A stretch of 63,747 nt of DNA, the filler included, from Asterionella formosa (lineage: Eukaryota), in the NCBI GenBank assembly GCA_002256025.1. It is 10 parts of 10 records of this genome, joined end to end, with 100 filler letters (N's around TTAATTAATTAA, not from the genome) between each part and the next. Parts side by side here need not be neighbours in the genome. Positions count along the whole stretch, not along the records: positions 31,960 to 38,238 come from NKIB01012755.1; positions 38,339 to 44,617 come from NKIB01012756.1; positions 44,718 to 50,995 come from NKIB01012757.1; 7 more parts are not named here. The stretch is one strand, 5' to 3'. The translations under genes and the position numbers were made by a program. Within the stretch, counting starts at the first letter, position 1, and every line of letters starts with the position of its first letter. The notes beneath the pieces were generated by a model. It saw only the letters and a list, made by a program, of their open reading frames with translations. It did no database searches and had not been told where the DNA came from. Below are positions 35,030-47,786 of the stretch, one piece after another.

Positions 35030-37005
35030 ATATTTATAAGATCATGGGTAGCATACAATATGTGGCACAGAAATTTTTGCCACATGATACTTATTTCGTT
35101 ATAATATGTATGATAAAGTATAGTATAAGCATATGATCATGTCAAGTATACTTATTATAAACAACACTATATAATTATCAAAACAGTATCCAAGCATGAT
35201 GTACATTCTTTCATCAACTACCTATCTTAACATGATCGCAATTCTAATCAAAACGAATGTTTAAAATATGAGGAAATAGACTGTAATTTTACTATGATAG
35301 TTAAAAATCATTGCTATCTTTCAACCTGCTAACCGCCATTTCAGCCACCATCCTTACACTATGCCAACACCATTGCTTTTTCTTTGATTAATTCAATATG
35401 ATGGCGAAGCCTCTGGTTGACTGATTCTTTTCCTTGCTTCCCACACTTCTCATGTTGATTGCAGACAAACCAACTGTCCTCACTGTCACTCAACTTCGAA
35501 AGATATTGTTTGGCAATCACTCATCTACCTGTTCTGATTTCCCTCACATCACTGTTTGCTCATTGTACCTCTTATGTGTGACCTCGGTTTTACATTTGCT
35601 TGCTTGCTCATTTTCTCATTTGCTCCTTTCCATAGCCTAGGTTCTACGGCCGGAAATGAGATGCAGATCCATTTACAGTTTGTATTGATATCCTAGCTAA
35701 TTGTAGTGAATATGAGAAGCTGCAATTTGTTAGATATGGTTTGCGTAAATTTACACCAAAAACAAATTCTTCCGATTCTGGATTGACTTGTCAATTATTT
35801 ATGTATTTTCTAATACTTCTGAATAATAATGTGTCAATCCACCAGTATCGCATAAGTACACATCAACAAATCGCTCCACCGATGTCATTTATAACTTACA
35901 ACAAATACTGTTTGATTACAATTATCCTGAAAGAAGAGCATTTACCAATTTTCTTGTTTTATCCACATTACCGGTTTCCCACTGAATGCAAAATGAACTG
36001 TTCAATTGCTAGAGAAGGAAGCAATCATTTAGTCTTTGTGAATCCAACAATCGATCATCCTGGCATATGCCCTTTACATCCTACCATAGCTAGTTTCCAT
36101 TCACTTTTCCATTTTCAATCCTTCTCAGCCGCAAGGTTCATCATTGTGTTGTATTGTTGTCACTTCAGTTTTTCTTATCATGTGGTTGATGTGATCTCTC
36201 ATTTCAGGATGTGTTACCGGTATGCATGCTGACACAGTACCTTTAAAAATGATTTCAAATGTATTACTAACCATGTATACTTTGATCAACATTTGTAATA
36301 TATGAATATACATTCAGTTGAGCACTTTCATAGTTCAAAGACACACTTTATGTCGAAAAGTCACATTATGTGTATAATATCATCATTTAAGCTTGTACAT
36401 AATTCAAATATGGTAAACAATGCATGAGGATATCATTGTTTTACACAACCTGATGTACTGTTTTTGAATTTTTCCATATAAATTCTTGTACATACAAGTC
36501 AGTGATTTAATTAAGCCTTTCAATTAGTGGGAGTCATTCAACATTTTGCTTATGGTTAAAATCACAAAATGATTAGATGACTCATTTTCTCATATAATTG
36601 ACACGGTTTTATCATATGATAAATATGCTTTGATCAAACGTGTACAATGTGTGAAGCAAACTTTATGAATCACAGATTATACTTTCTGTTTAGAAATGAT
36701 TGCCGATAAAATTAGGTCACGGAAAACATCTTACTTTTAACATCAATATATCCTACTACTTAAACTTTATTTTGATCATTCATTTTTTAATATAAATGAC
36801 ATCATTTATCATATGATCAATATGCATTTATCGAATGAATAGGAAAATAAACATGACTTTACAGGTAATACTTTCCGGTCCTTGTAAATAATGCATGATT
36901 GCCATTAAATACAGGCATTTCCAAGAAATATAGTAACTAATGGGCGGTGGGCTGTTTCTATTTGACTGTGGTAATGCATACCCTCCATCACCTATAGATA
37001 CCAAT
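35030..37005. repeat. AT-rich dispersed repeat (~2 kb), diverged homologue of 45725-47030
   Basis: e.g. gcctctggttgact..ttgcttcccacacttctca..ctgtcctcactgtca..caacttcgaaag (35409-35502) matches the reverse complement of 46623-46720. Confidence 0.8.
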
Positions 37006-38338
37006 TTCACTTTGAATGTAAGAGAATGTGTTATTTCTTACCCTCCATTGCCAATAGACACCAAGAAGGTCACCTTGTTTGTACGACAACATGTTCTAGC
37101 ATACCCAGTAGATTGGAGTTGGCATAATTGCCAGAACTACCAGAATCAGCAATAAGCATGATGGGGGGGGGGCAAGTGAGCATGGTAGATAAGCTTGTGT
37201 AATTAGGATTATCAATGTTGACTTGCTCCCCTGCACATCCTCAGGCAGGTGGCGTCAGAGAAAGTGGGGGACAGATGGCTGGGACATGTACCATTGCTGA
37301 ACATATGGCTGCTGCCACCCATATGTCAATCAAGTGTGTCAGTAGTTTGATGGCCAGTAGTTGGATAATTAGCTACAAGGTGCACTGGTGTGCCTGGGGT
37401 TCTTGGTTAGACTATGAGTCCAACAATATCCTAATTTTTCATTGTTGTAAATGTACCCATTGGGAACAGCACAAGCAACAGCAATACCCATTGTAGGGCT
37501 TGTGCACCATGATACTCTGCATTGGTGCCAGCAGTTAATAGTCACAACTGTTCTTTGTTGCCATGTATGATATGAGGACAAAAACTGATACATATTAGCT
37601 AAATAGAAATATAAAATTTAGATCCAGCGAAACTTGAACACTTATCGGTACTCAGTCTTTATGTAAATATTGTGGTAGTGCTACATCTACGTACCTGGTG
37701 CTAGGCACCATCTTCGTACTGCATACAGCCATTCAGGTACCGTAAAACCTGGTGTCTCGTATCCCCCCAGATACCTGTACCCCCCTTCGTACATCTGGCA
37801 CAACACCCCCAAATATTTTATGTCTACAGAAAAAATAACAGCATATTATTGTATTCTAGCTATTTATTAATGAATTTACTATAATTGTATTCTTACCGGT
37901 CACCATCATGAAACAACAATCAACAACAACACGAGCGATGCCAATGACATTTGCGATGGCGATATCCTTGTCCTGAGATCTATTTCAAAAGTCGAAGCTG
38001 CAACTTGCATGCTTGTTGTGGAGCGATTATCAAGCTGAATGCTAAAGGCTCAGGCAGTTCTGGCCTTGATGTTGTCGGCTTGCCGGAAGTGTTCACAGAA
38101 TCATTTCGTCTGCTGCCTCATGATGCAGAAATATTTCGTGCATGTCATGATTCTGGTCGAATAATCATATAAGTGATGTGGTTGGCTTATATTAATTTCC
38201 ATCACGATCCAAGTCGTAGAGTCTACACAAGTTAATACNNNNNNNNNNNNNNNNNNNNNNNNNNNNNNNNNNNNNNNNNNNNTTAATTAATTAANNNNNN
38301 NNNNNNNNNNNNNNNNNNNNNNNNNNNNNNNNNNNNNN

Positions 38339-38899
38339 AAGGATAGGGACTCATGGTATGTGGTGCTGAATGGCGCAGAGGAGGCGCAGAACGATGGGAG
38401 GAGGATGCGATGAATTCTGGCGACGAAGAGAAGTAAACCGGGAAGTCGTGGGCCGAGGGAAGGGAATACCCAGTGGGGACCGATGAAGCGGAAGGGCGCC
38501 CGTGTGCAGCAGAGATAGCGGCGGGATATGGATGGGCGGTACCCCCATGATGGTGCGGTGGCGCTGTAGGCCATGAGGGCGTGGTTTCACCAATAAATGT
38601 GGCAGGGAGAGGGGCAAGATTGGTGTCGGTCGGCGATGGGGATCGCATTGCTCTCCCAGGGATCAAGAGGGATCAATAACCTGTGGAGGAGAGATGGGTG
38701 ACGAGTTCGTGCAATCGGGTTGAGGACAACGTAATTACAAGTAACTGAGGGTTTAATTAGATTATCTATTTCTGTTGTGTATCGGATATACCGGGATCTG
38801 CGCACTTACGTGGATATTAGTAGAGTATACTGAAGTAACTGGTATGCAGTACTAACAAGTGTCTCTACTGTTCGCATATGAAGGATTATGTAGCCAACA
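38339..38899 (-). mobile_element. 5' end of a second Copia-like LTR family: LTR 38899-38682, PBS-like GGTTATTGATCCC, then a Pro/Ser/His-rich ORF running into the gap
   Basis: TGTTGG...TCCACA immediately followed by GGTTAT, as in copia-type primer-binding sites; no second LTR is available to confirm. Confidence 0.6.
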
Positions 38900-40217
38900 T
38901 ACAAATTTCCACGTTGGGGTCGGCTTACTCGAAAAAATGCGTTTTTAATGAGTTAGATAGACGTGAACATTCACTCGGTTTCCTTATAATTAAAATTTTA
39001 GCATTTAAATAAATTAATCAAAACCAATTTTAACATACGCATATACATTACACTCATGTACATAACGCCAACTGCTGTTTCACATCGGCCGGCCAGTCAA
39101 ATATTTGCGGGAAACCAAACACAACAAGCCAGTATCATAATTATAACTGAAATAGAATAATTTTCGTTCGGTATACTTTCTACGATTGTTACCATGCACC
39201 TGATATTTAACGGTTACAATCCTCAAAACGAGCATACCGTCGTTTTCTTCCTTCCCACCATCGCCACTTTCGGGGTTGGATATTCCATAATTGAACGCAA
39301 GTTGCAGTTGTTCTACTGTTATATCGTACTTAGTACGTATGTTGAGAATAGATGGTTCGAAGAAAAATGGGTCCTCATGCATCTGCATTTTGCTCGAGAT
39401 AGCTACAAGTGAAAATCGAAAAATCCCAAAAACGTTTTTTCAAATGTAGTTGCCAATTTTGGTCTTTCCATATATAATGTAAACATGATTCTGTAGCTTA
39501 GAGCAAGCCGCACAACAGGGCAATTGAGCCGGAGAAAATCGTAAGAGTCAAAATGGCCCCGGATAAATTTGAATTATCGATACAACTGTTACTAGACAGA
39601 GGGAGTAGTAGACAAGAAGTTGTGTACGGTACACCTGGTACCTGCTACCAGGTAACAGGTACTGGTACCCTGGAGTGGGTCCCGGATATATGTCCATCTC
39701 ATCATATATCCTACATTCGTATGGTCATGATGCATTTACTGATACTGGCTGTCTATGGTCGAAGATGTGATTAACGGTACTTTCTTGACACGTCATGATT
39801 AATGGGTTTTGTTCATGAAGTTTGATATCGATTTCTTCAAAATAAACGGAACATTTTCCAGGTGGAAGGGTATCAGAAACTCCCATAGAGGGGGCGTCAC
39901 GTTTGTCTCTCCTACCTTGGAAAGGCCGACGCGCATCGGATTTTTAAACCTTGTTTGGCAGTTATCCACGATCACAAGCCTTCGGTTATCCATATGTACA
40001 GCCAATTTTTGCATGTACCTACATGTTCATACCGGTATATCGACAGTTGGTTACCGACAAAGCTTGCCGTATACTTATACACATTTATGTAATGAACACC
40101 TGCCGATCATATTTTATAAATTCGTGTGCCCACATGTTTCAATTGCTTGTTTTATGATATTCTTGATCATACTACATAACTCCAACTTTAGTTGTAAATG
40201 AAGCAGTGAAATAGAAA

Positions 40218-43200
40218 ATGTTGGCAGACGGTATACATGAATCAATGGAAAGTACTACCAAAGTCAGCCATGTGCGAGTTGTGGCACGCATACGACCCAT
40301 GAGTCTAGAAGAACAAATGCAAGGGTGCACCACTTGTGTCACAGTCATTCCCGGTGAAAATGATCCGTCTATCAAGCAATCTCCAATCAAGAAGAAGGGA
40401 CCGTTTGCTTTCTTGACACCTAGCAAGCGCAATACTAAGGAACGAGCACCATTGAGCATCACCAGCATCACAATGACGCCAGTTACAAAGAACACTTCCC
40501 AGAGGTCACGTCGCTTTCACATGTCGCCTGGCAAGCACTCGTACTCAGCGATGAAAGAAATTTTACCGGTGGTCTATGGATCGTCAACTTCCCTTTTGAC
40601 TACTGCGCCTAGTAAAAGCAGTACTCAAAAGCAATTCGACTATGATGCAGTGTTGGATGAAGATGCGACTCAACAAGAAGCCTACGAGCGTTCTGTTGGT
40701 GACGCTATCTCCAGGAATATTTTTCAAGGATACAATACCACCATTCTCGCGTATGGCCAAACTGGCTCTGGCAAGACGTATACTATGACTGGTGGATCGG
40801 AAGAACCAGAACAGCGAGGAATCCTTCCACGGGCTGTCCAAGACCTATTTCACGCCAAAGACAACCAAGATGGCGATGTAGCTATCACTCTGACCTACAT
40901 GGAGATTCACAACGACGAAATTCGAGATTTGCTAAGCGAAGAAAATGCAGAATCCAATTCTCCCTTGAAACTTCGAGATCATGGAGACGATGGAATTGTT
41001 GTCAACGGATTAAGATCCGTATCTGTCAAAAATGAAAGGGAGGTGCAAGAGCTGCTTGAGCTCGCTGGTAGAAATCGAATGGCCGCCAGTACTAAGATGA
41101 ATCAACATTCGAGTCGATCACATGCTATATGTACATTTACCGTAACCATAGCATCGACCCAAAACACTATGGAAGTCATTTCCGCCAAATTGGTATTGGT
41201 TGATTTGGCTGGTTCAGAACGAATCAAACAGACAGGAGTTGTTGGTCTCGCCAAACAAGAAAGCATAAATATCAACAAAGATCTTTTCGTTTTGGCCAAA
41301 GTCGTTTCTGCTCTTTCGGACCAGTCAAAGAGCAAGAAAAAGGTACACGTGCCATACCGAGACTCCAAGCTAACTAGGTTACTGAGAGAATCTCTAGGTG
41401 GCAGCTGTTACACTGTCATGGTGGCCTGTGTATCACCATCTAACGCGCTCTTAGACGAATCGATCAATACGCTTCGATATGCTGAACGAACACGAGCGGT
41501 TTGTAATTCTTTGAAGGCAAATATAATCAAGGCCAATAATCCTCCTGAGTTCATTGCAATTCAAGAGGAGAACAAAATTCTCAAAACGCAGCTATTGGAG
41601 TTGAAAGCGAAATTGCATCTTATTGAAGGAATACACAAACATGATGCTATATATTGGAAGAATGAATATGATAAGCTCGCGATTGTCGCCCGTGACGCTG
41701 GAGTGGATTTAAAAGATGCACTCAGAATCAACGAGCAACGCAGTGCCATTTTTCACAATGTGCCATCTCTAGTCGACTTGGACGAAGATGTCCACCTCTC
41801 CTTAGATCTTTCTTTCAACCATTCTATTCTTGGTGATGAAGACGATGGTAGCGTTGTAAAGGCGTTGGATCAGAAACTTAATCAAGTTCAAAAGTTGGAT
41901 TTTGAGATAGAGGGGCATCAAGTTCAGTTGAGCGATAGCACTGCGGTTGGCAATGATGCCTCGAAAAATCTTGCCTGTCGTTATATTGCCGCAGTAAATC
42001 ATTCATACGAGATTGAACTCCCGGTTTGGAATAGCAATGCTTCCCGTGAACCTAAATTATCTTCTCAGCAGGTGGAGCTTGAACAACTGAGGGTCGACAA
42101 AGAAATGTTGAAAAGGCGAAATTCGGATTTGGAGAAGAGCGTGAGCAGTAAGCAACAACAGATTCATGCACTGCAAGATCAATTATCACATGAGAAAGCA
42201 ATTTACTACGAAAATGTTGAAGCTGGCAAGGCGAACATGGCGAAAATTATGGAAGAATGTGACTTGCAAAAGATCCAGTGTGCCATTAACATTGATGAAG
42301 TCAAGCGTCTTCAACAAATCCTTATGAATTCTGCAAGTCGCGAAGAACTTAAGCAGGCCCGGCATGACCTAGAAAAAGCCAACACAAAAATCATGAACAT
42401 GCGTGAAGAGTTGCAGCAGATAAATAGGCAATCGTTGCAGTCAGCAAACAGGGCCCTGGAAGAGACCAAAATATTTGTGGAAGATCATCATGCGGATGAG
42501 ATGGTGTCAGTAACGGCCGTCGAAGGTGACGAAAATGACTATGATTTATCCATGATTCCTGACTCTACCAGCTTCGATGATGCGACGATTGAATCTGATG
42601 GAGGTGACTCGCAAGCTTCCAGTCATGAGGCCATTCGAATTCACGCAACGAAGATGCTGTTTTGGGCTAACCAAGCTATCGAAAATGTTACAAACGCCAG
42701 GAATACTGCAAGTAGTGTTTCCAGTGCTGTTACTGGTGATGGATCAGATTTCAAGCCTGATTTGCGTCGTCTTCGGGACACAACGGCAGCTGCCAAGGGG
42801 ATACCAGTGGCCGAAAAGGCTCCCATGGCTGGCAAGCCACCTCGTGCCCTCCCACGTCATTCTGAATCTGAGATCATCGTGACAGGTTTGGAAAAGGTTG
42901 TTCAAGACGCCAACATTTGTCAATGCCAAGTATCAGCGTTCTCTGGAAACGCAGCTCATGTTAACTTCTATCTTCCACAACTTGGCATGGCGTGCTCATG
43001 CGGGAAAAAAGCTTCGGACAAGAGTCTCAATAGCAAGGACCCCACCAATATCGACAACATCCTTCGCCCTTGGCAAGTCGAATTTCTCAATTCCCTCAAT
43101 ATTCGTAGAGCTGAAGATCTCGTCTACCAATACCACCGACGAAGTGGCACCCTCGCTAAGGAAATGAGACGTTGGCGCAAAGAGAAAAATCTTGTGTCCG

Positions 43201-43412
43201 TGAAGACCAAGTCTTGTGGCATCGCCCTTCATATTTGGAACCGTACATGCAAGACGGTTGTCAAATCAGTTCAGTCACAGCGAGAAAAAGGTTTAGTCAA
43301 CTTCCAGAAGCCTGATATCTTGGAAATTTGTTTGTCAGACAATCAAACTTTGAGTACCATAGGGTGGATCGGATCAGAGGCCATTGAGATTGGGTCCTTA
43401 GGAGAGGTCTGA
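40218..43412 (+). CDS. Kinesin-like protein: N-terminal motor, coiled coil, Cys-containing C-terminal domain
   Basis: VRVVARIRP, AYGQTGSGKTYTM, NQHSSRSHAI, LVDLAGSER, HVPYRDSKLTRLL. Confidence 0.97.
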   Translation: MLADGIHESMESTTKVSHVRVVARIRPMSLEEQMQGCTTCVTVIPGENDPSIKQSPIKKKGPFAFLTPSKRNTKERAPLSITSITMTPVTKNTSQRSRRFHMSPGKHSYSAMKEILPVVYGSSTSLLTTAPSKSSTQKQFDYDAVLDEDATQQEAYERSVGDAISRNIFQGYNTTILAYGQTGSGKTYTMTGGSEEPEQRGILPRAVQDLFHAKDNQDGDVAITLTYMEIHNDEIRDLLSEENAESNSPLKLRDHGDDGIVVNGLRSVSVKNEREVQELLELAGRNRMAASTKMNQHSSRSHAICTFTVTIASTQNTMEVISAKLVLVDLAGSERIKQTGVVGLAKQESININKDLFVLAKVVSALSDQSKSKKKVHVPYRDSKLTRLLRESLGGSCYTVMVACVSPSNALLDESINTLRYAERTRAVCNSLKANIIKANNPPEFIAIQEENKILKTQLLELKAKLHLIEGIHKHDAIYWKNEYDKLAIVARDAGVDLKDALRINEQRSAIFHNVPSLVDLDEDVHLSLDLSFNHSILGDEDDGSVVKALDQKLNQVQKLDFEIEGHQVQLSDSTAVGNDASKNLACRYIAAVNHSYEIELPVWNSNASREPKLSSQQVELEQLRVDKEMLKRRNSDLEKSVSSKQQQIHALQDQLSHEKAIYYENVEAGKANMAKIMEECDLQKIQCAINIDEVKRLQQILMNSASREELKQARHDLEKANTKIMNMREELQQINRQSLQSANRALEETKIFVEDHHADEMVSVTAVEGDENDYDLSMIPDSTSFDDATIESDGGDSQASSHEAIRIHATKMLFWANQAIENVTNARNTASSVSSAVTGDGSDFKPDLRRLRDTTAAAKGIPVAEKAPMAGKPPRALPRHSESEIIVTGLEKVVQDANICQCQVSAFSGNAAHVNFYLPQLGMACSCGKKASDKSLNSKDPTNIDNILRPWQVEFLNSLNIRRAEDLVYQYHRRSGTLAKEMRRWRKEKNLVSVKTKSCGIALHIWNRTCKTVVKSVQSQREKGLVNFQKPDILEICLSDNQTLSTIGWIGSEAIEIGSLGEV

Positions 43413-43595
43413 TTAGCGAGCTTAGTTGAAAATGTTTATTTAAACGATTTGCTAGTTTAATCTAAAATGTATTACTCTGCCATCGCCTAGATCAATATCG
43501 GCTGACGATGATACATATGGAGTATTATGAAATTTAATGCCTTGGAACCACGAGCCGGTGACAGTCATGATATACCTCCATAGACACGGATGCAT

Positions 43596-44063
43596 TTACC
43601 ATGCTCCCATGGATCCAGTGTCTTCGTCCATTCTTGTCACACTCTGATCGAAGCCGCCTTCTTCGTTGTCGTCCCAGGTCACCCTCAAATCCAATTCTCC
43701 GTCGTCCACTTCCTCCTCGAAAATGTCCTTCCCATACTTGTTCAGTTTTGTCGCTGGATCTTTGACCTCGATCCCTGCCATCCGAGCAACTTCAAGTAGT
43801 TCATTCTTCTCTTCCTGAACCATATCCTTTCTTTGCCGGTTGACCTGTCTCATGAATTCACCCTGCTCAGTGATTTCAAAACCGTCAAACGCTCGACGTT
43901 CTCCACGTGCGAATTCGGCCTCGGAAATTTCTCGTGATTGGCCAATTCCCCAGCCGCCGGTGGCACCATATAATTGTGTGAGTATTTTAGAGGAAGGCTG
44001 AGAAACAAAGCAGCTGATTGGAAACAGGCTCAAAGAGAGACATAGGAATCGCATGGTCATCAT
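43596..44063 (-). CDS. Small hypothetical protein, probably plastid-targeted
   Basis: Signal peptide ending ISC-FV, Ser-rich transit-like stretch to TQLY, acidic mature region. Confidence 0.7.
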   Translation of the reverse strand: MMTMRFLCLSLSLFPISCFVSQPSSKILTQLYGATGGWGIGQSREISEAEFARGERRAFDGFEITEQGEFMRQVNRQRKDMVQEEKNELLEVARMAGIEVKDPATKLNKYGKDIFEEEVDDGELDLRVTWDDNEEGGFDQSVTRMDEDTGSMGAW

Positions 44064-45724
44064 GGTAAACAGTTAGTAATCAACTATGTTGAGAACAAAA
44101 GCATGTGACGACGAAAGAAGTGAAGAATAAAGAATTACTACATATGGCTGACGACAACTACGAGTACGGTACAGGTACCAGGTACACGTAGTATTATGTT
44201 TGTATCGGTTACCAGGTACCAGTAATAAATGGCTTTGAGCCACGTTATTGTATCGTTTTCCGACTAATTCTAGGTTCATCCTGAAATTGATCCCCTCTTT
44301 CGCCCTTTGGCACGATATTAGTTAGTTCATTAAGCTACATAAGAATTAAATCATTTTTAGACTTGAACATACCGGTGTATTAAGTGAGATCTATCCATTT
44401 TAAAAGTTACAAAACCGGTCGAAGTGGCTCAAAGCCGTTGATTAAAACTTTGACATACATGAAGTTATTTACCGTATACTTCATTGTCCTGGACCCCCCC
44501 TATGGTTGCTGGACCCCCCTGTACATTTTTCTCGAGGTGGAACCAAACACCCAATAATTTTCTTGTCATAGACAAAGTAACGTGCTATAATTCTTTTTGT
44601 CCTCGTAGGCACTAGTANNNNNNNNNNNNNNNNNNNNNNNNNNNNNNNNNNNNNNNNNNNNTTAATTAATTAANNNNNNNNNNNNNNNNNNNNNNNNNNN
44701 NNNNNNNNNNNNNNNNNAAATTTGATTTACCTACTACTGGTATTGTCAATTGATTTCCAAAGGTTGGGCATTCTTTGTCTCTCATATCATCCTCCAACGC
44801 AGTGACTTCTAAACCCAAAATAGAAACTAATGTGGGAACCAGATGTTCATGCACATACTCATACTTTTCTCCACCGAAAGCAAATTTATAAGTCCGAATT
44901 GTTTGAAAGCTTTCATGGCATCTGAATTCACTTACACAAATGATGGGGGCTAATCCTTATTGATTGCTAACTTTAAAAAGACATCTTGTATATAGCATGC
45001 AAGAAGCCTTCGTTTCCATCATCTAAGCAAGGGTCATCAATGTTGAGGATCCTTCAATGATACCAAGATTATTCATCAATTTAATTGAATATTCTAGATA
45101 CTGTTGTCATGTCCAACTTGTATCATCCTTTTCCTCCTTCTAAACAAATCGAATCAATCCGTAGTTATTACTACACTTCATTCATCGTGCACATCATTGC
45201 CTGCTCCTTTTCCATGCCTCTTTGCACCCTCCTAAAAATCGCTTTGTCACATTGTAGTCCAATAAATAAGTGACATTACTGATCTTTGGAAATACAGGAA
45301 CAGGCGACCCAGCAGTCTCGTCATCAACAAAGCAAGGAGGACCCACCCAATCTCCATGTGTTGTTCCATGATTGCTTCTTGGTCACTTGATTGATGATAA
45401 AAAAGCTCGTTCTCATGTTGATTTATGTAATCAACACAAACAAAAAATCGTGAGAAACAGAGACAATGTGATGATAAAATTCATATGGAATAAACTATCA
45501 TAATTGCTTGCCGGACTACCAATGATGTGAAGATTACATTGACAACATGGAAACAACTATCACCGGAACACCAATAACGCCGTCATGTTGAAGTAGCCTC
45601 ACATTAGTATTTATAGCCGATAAAAGGTACGCGATAACACCACGGTCACGTAGAAACAACCTATTATTGGTATTTATAGGTCATGGAGAGTACAAAATAG
45701 CACAGTCATGTAGAAACAACCTAC

Positions 45725-47030
45725 CATTGGTATCTATAGTAGGTGATGGAGGCTATGTACAGTATACCTGTACTATATGTGACATCCTTGTTGATAATTT
45801 TGGTATTATATCCCGTAAATTTGATAGCAGCATATTGCTGATAATATGATAAAAGATGTCACTAATATAAAAAAATGATTGATCAAAATTAATTTTAAGT
45901 AACATGATATATTGATGTTAAAAGTAAGATCAAAGGAAATAAACATTGTCAGCATCCATCATCTAATTTTACTGGCTATCATTTCTAACCTGAAAGTATG
46001 ATCTGTAATTTATAAAAAAGTCTGATTTTCATCCAAATTTTTGATCAAAGCATATTGATCATTTGATAAACATTGTCAATGATATGAGAAAATGAATTAT
46101 CAAATTAATATATGATTTGAGGGTCACTGACTTGTACAAAGTAAAAAAATTGAATGGAAGAAATTCAAAACCAGTACATCAGGTCATGGAAAAAATGATA
46201 TCATCATGCATTTTATATATTTGAATTATGTATAAGCTTAACTGATGATGGTTAACACATGAACAGTATTGTTGTAAGCTAGCTATAAATGACATTGGTG
46301 GAACGACTTATTGATGTGTCCTCATGCAATACTCAACTGACAAATTATTATTCATTAATGTTAGAAAATGCATTAATAATTGGTAAGTCAATCTAATATC
46401 GGCAGTATTTGTTGTTGAGTAAATAAGCAATACATGACAAACAGTTTGCTACTTGTTTTCATTGTCACAGCAATTAGGCATCTCGTTTGGTAGAACCTAT
46501 GGAAAAGAGCAAATGTGCAAGCAAATGTAAAACCAAATTAAGGCATAAGAGCAGGACAAATGAGAAAACAGCGATATAAAGGGAAAGTAGATAAGGTAAA
46601 TGAGCGATTGACGATCAATTCCTTTCGAAGTTGAATGACAGTGAGGACAGCAGGTTTTTCTTTAATCAATGTGAGAAGTGTGGGAAGCAAGCAAGGGGAA
46701 GGCTTAGTCAACCAGAGGCATTGCCATCATGCAACAGGAAACAGAGAACAAGCAAAGGAGTAACATAGTGTAAGGATCATGGCAAAAACGCAGTTAGTTA
46801 GCAGGTTTGAAAGATAGAAATGGTTTCTAATTATATTAAATTTACAGTCTATACCACTTTTGATTTTTAGAATTAAGATCATGTTACAATACTAGATATA
46901 TGATGAAAGAATGTACATCATATGATAATGTTCTGATAATTATATGTTGTGTTGTGTATTATTTGCATGCTTGACATGAACATATATACCGGTACTTATG
47001 TTTACAGTATGCATTTATCACACACATGTA
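45725..47030. repeat. Inverted, partly deleted copy of the 35030-37005 repeat family
   Basis: Collinear reverse-complement matches, e.g. attggtatctatag..gtgatggagg (45726-45751) vs 36983-37005. Confidence 0.75.
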
Positions 47031-47786
47031 ACAAAACAAGTATAAAGTCAAAACATACTACAAGCAAGATGGAGGAGGAAAAGCAGCACGTTGCATGTAA
47101 CAATGACATTTGCATGTAGCAATGACGTCATCATGCAGTTTCTCCGACCATCCCCTGTGTCTGCACGACGACAGACCAAGGACCGACCGTCCAACAGACT
47201 CCATTGAGTCAAGATATCCGGACAAGCCAGCCGTAGTCGCATTTCTCACTCCTAACTTGCGCTGTTTGTGCGAGAATAAAACGTTAGCTATCTTTATTCT
47301 ATATTAAATTGTTTATTTAAGCAAAGTGACCGCAACTTGGACGGCACAGGTATCCGGTAAATAACCCGGTACCGGTACCGGTAGGGTACCTGGTAGGTAA
47401 TCTGTGGTGGTACCAGGGGTACCAGATACCAGAGGTACCTGCCGGAATCAGAGGAGGCTGTATGTAAAGGGCTCGAACTTTTGTAGCTACCGGTAAGTCC
47501 CTAAGTACGGTGAATTACCGGCAGTGTTACAAACTCCCGAACAAGGGGACAAGCGCTACCTCGCGAATCTTGGTTGTTTGAAAAAGCAAGGAAGGGAGCG
47601 CTGTTCCATGATGTCCCTTCTTGTGATGATGACGATGATGCATCAGAAAGCGAACTCGTTGTCACCATAAAAAATATATCGACAACGATCCTCACATCAC
47701 AAATCTTTGCCCTCACAAAAAATCACAGGCTATTATTTTTACCAGTCCACAGTCCACAGTCCACTTGCTCTACCATCATATACAAC

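Noticed and set aside
44718..45400. Protein-like fragments on the minus strand (RTYKFAFGGEKYEY...)
   Set aside because: Interrupted by stops and not assignable to a family without a search
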